Source of the DNA: Candidatus Methylomirabilia bacterium
GTDB taxonomy: Bacteria > Methylomirabilota > Methylomirabilia > Rokubacteriales > CSP1-6
Reading direction: 5' to 3'
DNA: 10,455 bases
Assembly (NCBI GenBank): GCA_041497895.1
Contig: JBGQHJ010000161.1
Location: forward strand, 1-10,455
Positions 6,259 to 10,455 of this stretch are shown piece by piece. Below the pieces are notes generated by a model. It was not told the DNA's origin. It worked only from the letters and a program-made list of their open reading frames with translations, and ran no database searches. Within the stretch, counting starts at the first letter, position 1; each line of letters begins with the position of its first letter. The position numbers were made by a program, and so were the translations under genes.

Positions 6259-6839
6259 GCGGGCGCCCGGCGGCCGGCTTCACCTTGATCGAGGTCGTCA
6301 TCGCGCTGACCCTGGTCGCCGCGCTGCTCGCGATCACCTTCGGGGGCCTCCGGGTCGGCCTGGCGGCCTGGCGTCAGGGGGATGCCCGCGCGGAGCACCT
6401 GCAGCGCCTGCGAAGCCTGACCCAGCTCCTGGTCCGGTCGGTGGGCGGCGCGCATCCGTATCGCGGAGACGCCGAGGGGCCCGAGCCGGCGCCGCCCGCG
6501 TTCGCGGGCGAGCGCGATCGTCTGGCCTTCGTGACGGCCCGCCCGCCGCTGCCGCTGGCGGCCCCGATCGCGTTCACCGCGGTGACCCTCGCCCACGAGG
6601 ACGGCGGCTTCACCATCCGGGAGGGCGCCCTGCCGAGCCGGGAGCCGTTCACCGCGCTCGCGCCGGTGCTCGTCGCCCCGGGCGTGGCCGCGCTCCAGTT
6701 CCGGTACCTCCGCGGCGAGGACCGCACCTGGGCGGAGCGCTGGGACGCGGCGGCCGAGCAGGCGCTGCCCGCCGCGGTCGAGGTCACGCTCGCCGATCAA
6801 CCGCCGCTCGTCATTCCGATCCGGGCGGTGACGCCGTGA
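6255..6839 (+). CDS. gspJ: Minor pseudopilin GspJ, about 194 aa
   Basis: ATGA overlap with gspI; AG|FTLIEVVIAL; C-terminal LQFRYL...W-x-x-x-W...LPAAVEV is typical of GspJ. Confidence 0.85.
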   Translation: MSGRPAAGFTLIEVVIALTLVAALLAITFGGLRVGLAAWRQGDARAEHLQRLRSLTQLLVRSVGGAHPYRGDAEGPEPAPPAFAGERDRLAFVTARPPLPLAAPIAFTAVTLAHEDGGFTIREGALPSREPFTALAPVLVAPGVAALQFRYLRGEDRTWAERWDAAAEQALPAAVEVTLADQPPLVIPIRAVTP

Positions 6840-7807
6840 AGCGCGAGCGCGGATTCGCCCTGCTGGGCGTGATGCTGGTGGTGGCCCTCCTCACCGTGGT
6901 GGTGCTGGAGCTGGCGGTCGCGATGCGCCTCGAGGCCGCCGCGGGGCGATCGTTCCGGGACGAGCTGGCCGCCGCCCATCTGGCCGAGGCCGCGGTGCAG
7001 CAGGCGCTGCGCGAGGTGCTGAGCCAGGCGCCGATCCAGGCGGTGGACGAGACCGGCGCGCTCGCCTTCTACCGGCTCGTCCCCGGATCGACCTCGCCGG
7101 TGCGGCTGCCGTCGCTGCCGCGGATTCGCGTCCCGCTCGGCCCGGGCGAGTTCAGCTACCGGCTCGCGGACGAGGAGGGCCGGCTCAACCTCAACGCGGC
7201 CCCGCCGGATCGGGTGCGCCGCCTCCTCCAGGCGCTCGGGCTCGACCACCGCGCCCGCGACGTGGTGGTGGATTCGCTCCAGGACTGGAAGGATGCGGAC
7301 GAACTGCCCCGCGTGAACGGCGCCGAGAGCGAGGACTACTACCTCAAGCTCCCCGTGCCCTATCGGGCGCGGAACGCGCGGCTGCAGGATCTCGCCGAGC
7401 TGCTGCAGATCCGCGGCGTCACCCGCGAGCTCTACGTCGGTCGGGACCAGCAGCCCGGCCTCGCCGACCTCACCACCGTCTTCGGGCGCGAGATGGTGAA
7501 CGTCAATACCGCGCCGGCTCCCGTCCTGGCCGCGCTCGGCCTCTCGGACCCGGAGATCTCCGACATCGTCCAGGCGCGGGCCCGCGCGCCGTACACCGTG
7601 GTGCCCGGGCGGCTCGCCGGCCGGGGCCTCGGCGTGGGCAGCGCCACTTTCCGCGTGGAGGCCGAGGGCTGGGTGTCGGGGGCGGCGAAGGCGCGCATCG
7701 TGGCCATCGTGGAGCGCCGGACCCTCGGGCCCGCGGGGGCGGCGGGGGACGACCTGACCGCGCTCGGCCTCGTCGTCCTCTCCTGGCGCGAGGGAGATGC
7801 CGAATGA
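6836..7807 (+). CDS. gspK: Minor pseudopilin GspK, 323 aa
   Basis: GTGA overlap. ERG|FALLGV lacks Glu5, as is usual for GspK. DEEGRLNLN, DWKDAD, GAESEDYY, ELLQIRGVT and VNVNTAP motifs. Confidence 0.93.
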   Translation: MKRERGFALLGVMLVVALLTVVVLELAVAMRLEAAAGRSFRDELAAAHLAEAAVQQALREVLSQAPIQAVDETGALAFYRLVPGSTSPVRLPSLPRIRVPLGPGEFSYRLADEEGRLNLNAAPPDRVRRLLQALGLDHRARDVVVDSLQDWKDADELPRVNGAESEDYYLKLPVPYRARNARLQDLAELLQIRGVTRELYVGRDQQPGLADLTTVFGREMVNVNTAPAPVLAALGLSDPEISDIVQARARAPYTVVPGRLAGRGLGVGSATFRVEAEGWVSGAAKARIVAIVERRTLGPAGAAGDDLTALGLVVLSWREGDAE

Positions 7808-9171
7808 GACGCTGCCGGGTCGGCCTCACGTTCGACGAAGGCGACATCGTGGTCACCGCGGTGCGCGGGCCCGGCCGTCTCGAGCAATTCCGGCTGGCAC
7901 CCGACGAGACCGTCGGCGCGCGCCTCGCCACCGAGCTCGCCGCTCGCGGGCTCGGCCGGGAGCGCGTGCGCGTGGGCCTCGATCGGAGCCTCGCGATCGT
8001 GAAGACGCTCGAGCTGCCCCGGACCGCGGGAGGGAGCCTGCGGCCGATGGTGGCGTTCGAGCTCGAGCGCCACGTGCCGTTTCCGGCGCAGGACATGCGG
8101 TTCGACTGCGTGCCGGTCGGTGGGGCGCCCCGCGCGGTGCGCCGGGTGCTCGTGATGGCCGCCGAGGGCCGGACGGTCGACGGCGCCCTCCGCCTGCTCG
8201 ACACGCTCAGACGGCCGCCCCAGGCCGTGACGGCCGCGTGTCACGATCTCCCGGCGCTGCTGTCGCGCCGGCGCCTGGGGGGCCGCGTCGTCTGGGTCCA
8301 TCGGCACGGCCCGCACACCGACCTGCTCTGCCTCGACCAGGGCGTGGTGCGCCAGAGCCGCAGCGTCCCGACCGGCAGCGACGCCGATCTCACCGCGGAG
8401 ATCGCCCGCAGCCTGCCGCTCGTCGCCTGGAAGGAGTGCGACGCGATCTGGATCTCGGGCGACGACGCGGAGCGCATCCGCGTGGCGATGAGGCGCGGGG
8501 GGGCGGGCGCCCCGGTGACCGGCCCGCCGTTCGGCCGCGCCGGCGCGCGCCTGATCGCCCGACTTCCGATCCGGCATCGCGGCGCCGGGCTGCTCGCCCT
8601 CGCGGTCGCGGTGGGGCGCCGGCGCCCCGGGCTCAACCTCTTGCCGGTGGGAGTCCGGCCGCTGCGCATGGCGTGGGCGCAGCGGATCCCCGCCGGGCTG
8701 GCCGCGGTCACCGCGGTGCTGGGGCTCGGGCTGCTGCTCGCCCACGGCCACGCCCAGGATCGCTATCTCGCGCGGGTCACGGAGGAGATCCGGCGGCTCG
8801 ACCCGGAGGTCAAGGCGGTCGAGCAGCTCGGGGCCGAGATCGTCAAGCAGAAGCGGCTCCTCGCCACCCTCGAGGCGGCCGAGGCGGGAGGGCTGCGCCC
8901 GCTGCCCGTCCTGCAGGAGCTGACCGAGCTCATCCCCACGGACTCGTGGCTGCAGTCGGTCAGCATGGATCGCCAGGGGCTGGAGCTCACCGGACAGGCG
9001 ACGGCGGCCAGCCAGCTCATCCCGATCCTCGATGGATCGCCCGCGCTGGAGCGCGTGGAGTTCACCGCGCCGGTCACCAAGGTGCAGACCAAGGAGCAGT
9101 TCCGGATCCGGGCGAGCTGGGAGGAGCCCGCGCCGTCGCGCGCGGGGCCGCCCGGCGGAACGGAGCAATAG
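7804..9171 (+). CDS. gspL: GspL-type assembly-platform protein (actin-like/PilM-like cytoplasmic region, TM, PilN-like periplasmic domain), 455 aa
   Basis: ATGA overlap with gspK. LELP...MVAFELERHVPF; NLLP motif before a single TM; coiled coil; LQELTELIPTDSWL...LELTGQA...F ferredoxin-like PilN pattern. Position follows gspK. Confidence 0.8.
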   Translation: MRRCRVGLTFDEGDIVVTAVRGPGRLEQFRLAPDETVGARLATELAARGLGRERVRVGLDRSLAIVKTLELPRTAGGSLRPMVAFELERHVPFPAQDMRFDCVPVGGAPRAVRRVLVMAAEGRTVDGALRLLDTLRRPPQAVTAACHDLPALLSRRRLGGRVVWVHRHGPHTDLLCLDQGVVRQSRSVPTGSDADLTAEIARSLPLVAWKECDAIWISGDDAERIRVAMRRGGAGAPVTGPPFGRAGARLIARLPIRHRGAGLLALAVAVGRRRPGLNLLPVGVRPLRMAWAQRIPAGLAAVTAVLGLGLLLAHGHAQDRYLARVTEEIRRLDPEVKAVEQLGAEIVKQKRLLATLEAAEAGGLRPLPVLQELTELIPTDSWLQSVSMDRQGLELTGQATAASQLIPILDGSPALERVEFTAPVTKVQTKEQFRIRASWEEPAPSRAGPPGGTEQ

Positions 9172-9172
9172 C

Positions 9173-9775
9173 ATGAGCGTGTTGAGCCGTCGCGAGCGCA
9201 CCGTGATCGGCGTCGGCGTGGCGGGCTTGCTCGCCCTCGGCGGCTACCTCTACGTGATCGAGCCGATGCTGGCCCGACAGCGGGAGGTGGCCGAGCTGAT
9301 TCCGATCCGCGAGGCGACCCTCGAGCGCCGCCGACTCATGGTGGCCCAGCGCGAGCAGCTGGCGGAGCAGCTGGCGGCCCTCGGCCGCAAGGTCGAGACC
9401 GCGTCGTCGGGATTTCTCTCCGGGCCCACCGCGCCCCTCGCCGCGTCGGAGCTGCAGAAGCTGGTCAAGGACCTGGCGGTGGCGGCGGAGGTCGACGTCC
9501 GGAGCGAGCGGGTGATGGCGCCGGTGGATCTCGCGGGCGTCCTCGAGATCCCCATCGAGCTGACCGTCGCCTCCTCCGTCCGACAGGTCGTCGCGCTCCT
9601 CGGCCGCCTGGAGCAGACCCCGCGCCTCCTCCGCGTCAAGGATCTGAAGATCCGGGTCGCCGCCCCCGGGCAGCCGCGCGAGCTGCTCACGACGCTCGTG
9701 GTGTCCGGCTACCTGCGGGCGGGTGGGCCGGTGCCGAAGCCGGCCGAGCGCCCCACCTCGGGCGGCCCCACATGA
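9173..9775 (+). CDS. gspM: GspM (PilO-like) assembly-platform protein, about 200 aa
   Basis: ATG 1 nt after the gspL stop, preceded by GGAG. LSRRER, TM and YVIEP N-terminus typical of GspM; coiled coil; LLGRLEQTPRLLRV ferredoxin-like region. Confidence 0.85.
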   Translation: MSVLSRRERTVIGVGVAGLLALGGYLYVIEPMLARQREVAELIPIREATLERRRLMVAQREQLAEQLAALGRKVETASSGFLSGPTAPLAASELQKLVKDLAVAAEVDVRSERVMAPVDLAGVLEIPIELTVASSVRQVVALLGRLEQTPRLLRVKDLKIRVAAPGQPRELLTTLVVSGYLRAGGPVPKPAERPTSGGPT

Positions 9776-10383
9776 TCCTCCGGCGCTGGCGCTGGCTCCT
9801 GATCGACGGCGTCCTGGCGTCCCTCGCCTGCGTGGCCTTCGTCGGGCTCGTCCGGGAGGTGGTCGAGGGCCGGCCGCTGCCCGCCGTCCACATCCCGGAG
9901 TCGCCCGCGCGCCCGGCAGTCCCCGACGCCGCGGCCGCCTCGGCCGCGCAAGATCGCCCGATGCGCCCGCCCGCTGACTACGGCGTCATCGCGGCGCGCA
10001 ATCTCTTTGCCCCCTCGCGCGGTGAGGTCGCCGTGGTGGCGCCCATGCTGGCCGGCGTGAAGTCGGTCCTGCACGGCGTCGTCATCGACGGCGAGCGGAG
10101 CCGGGCCTATCTCGACGATCCGGTGGCGAAGCGCGTCTTCGGCTACGCGGTGGGCGACGCGGTCGCCGGCGGCCGGCTCGAGCGGATCCTGGACGATCGC
10201 GTCGTGATCCGCGGGCCCGCGGGAGTGGTCGAGGTCCTGCTCCAGGACCCGACGAAGCCCCAGGCCGAGGCGCCCGCGCCGGTCGCGACGTCGACGCGGG
10301 CGCGGCGGGCCGGCGCCGGGTCGCAACCGCCGGTGAGCCCGGCGCCCGCGCCGCCACCCGCCCCGGGCAAGGTCGATCAATGA
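9772..10383 (+). CDS. GspC-like protein (XpsC/'XpsN' type: TM, Pro/Ala linker, HR domain, no PDZ), 203 aa
   Basis: ATGA overlap. N-terminal TM; RNLFAPSR; LHGVVI...AYL...YAVGDAV...LERILDDRVVI matches the GspC homology region; Pro/Ala-rich tail. It sits between gspM and the putative secretin. Confidence 0.7.
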   Translation: MILRRWRWLLIDGVLASLACVAFVGLVREVVEGRPLPAVHIPESPARPAVPDAAAASAAQDRPMRPPADYGVIAARNLFAPSRGEVAVVAPMLAGVKSVLHGVVIDGERSRAYLDDPVAKRVFGYAVGDAVAGGRLERILDDRVVIRGPAGVVEVLLQDPTKPQAEAPAPVATSTRARRAGAGSQPPVSPAPAPPPAPGKVDQ

Positions 10384-10455
10384 CCGCGCGCGCCCGGCGG
10401 GCCCCGGCGCTTGCCCTCTTCTGCGCGCTCGCGCTCTCGGCCTGCGCCCAGTCGA
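10380..10455 (+). CDS. 5' end (partial) of a lipoprotein, probably the T2SS secretin GspD
   Basis: ATGA overlap with the preceding stop. Translates MTARARRAPALALFCALALSACAQS: basic N-region, hydrophobic core, lipobox LSA|C. The GspD identity is inferred from gene order only. Confidence 0.6.
   Translation, partial: MTARARRAPALALFCALALSACAQS

Noticed and set aside
7797..9176. 459-aa alternative + frame overlapping gspL, and similar 5' extensions of gspF, G, H, J and M
   Set aside because: Arg/Pro/Gly-rich low-complexity translation with no domain features. Overlap starts give canonical N-termini.
611..10380. Long minus-strand ORFs (e.g. 639-2126, 2123-3637, 3622-4764, 7432-9201)
   Set aside because: They are antisense mirrors of real genes, expected in high-GC DNA with few stop codons, and show no recognisable motifs.
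2126..10455. Interpretation as a type IV pilus or competence locus
   Set aside because: The GspG Ca-loop motifs, a GspK and the G-H-I-J-K order indicate T2SS. No PilT retraction ATPase or PilA-type pilin is present in the window.
1..10455. CRISPR arrays, tRNA/rRNA genes, IS elements, frameshifted pseudogenes; specific taxonomic assignment
   Set aside because: No regularly spaced repeats, RNA-gene motifs, transposase ORFs or broken frames were seen. Taxonomy cannot be established without a homology search.

Overview
Very GC-rich bacterial chromosomal window in which every supportable gene is on the + strand. It opens with the 3' end of a 6-phosphogluconolactonase-like beta-propeller gene (1-147). 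A regulatory region with a near-consensus sigma54 promoter (307-321) follows, then a small stand-alone Fis/HTH_8 protein (338-547). A putative sigma70 promoter (616-645) and a structured leader precede an exported di-heme c-type protein of the DHOR family (726-2117). That gene sits 8 nt upstream of a tightly coupled type II secretion operon in Xanthomonas xps-like order: gspE-F-G-H-I-J-K-L-M, a gspC-like gene, and the start of a lipoprotein that is probably the secretin GspD (cut by the window end). The T2SS itself is well known. The notable points are the DHOR gene heading the operon, a shared TGTCA-N3-TGACA-like dyad at both promoters, the HTH-only regulator with an AT-hook-like tail, a palindrome overlapping the DHOR ribosome-binding site, and a vicinal Cys-Cys in GspG. 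Several long ORFs in the supplied track are GC-rich shadow frames, so starts were re-assigned from RBS/overlap evidence. All family calls come from motif recognition, not database searches.
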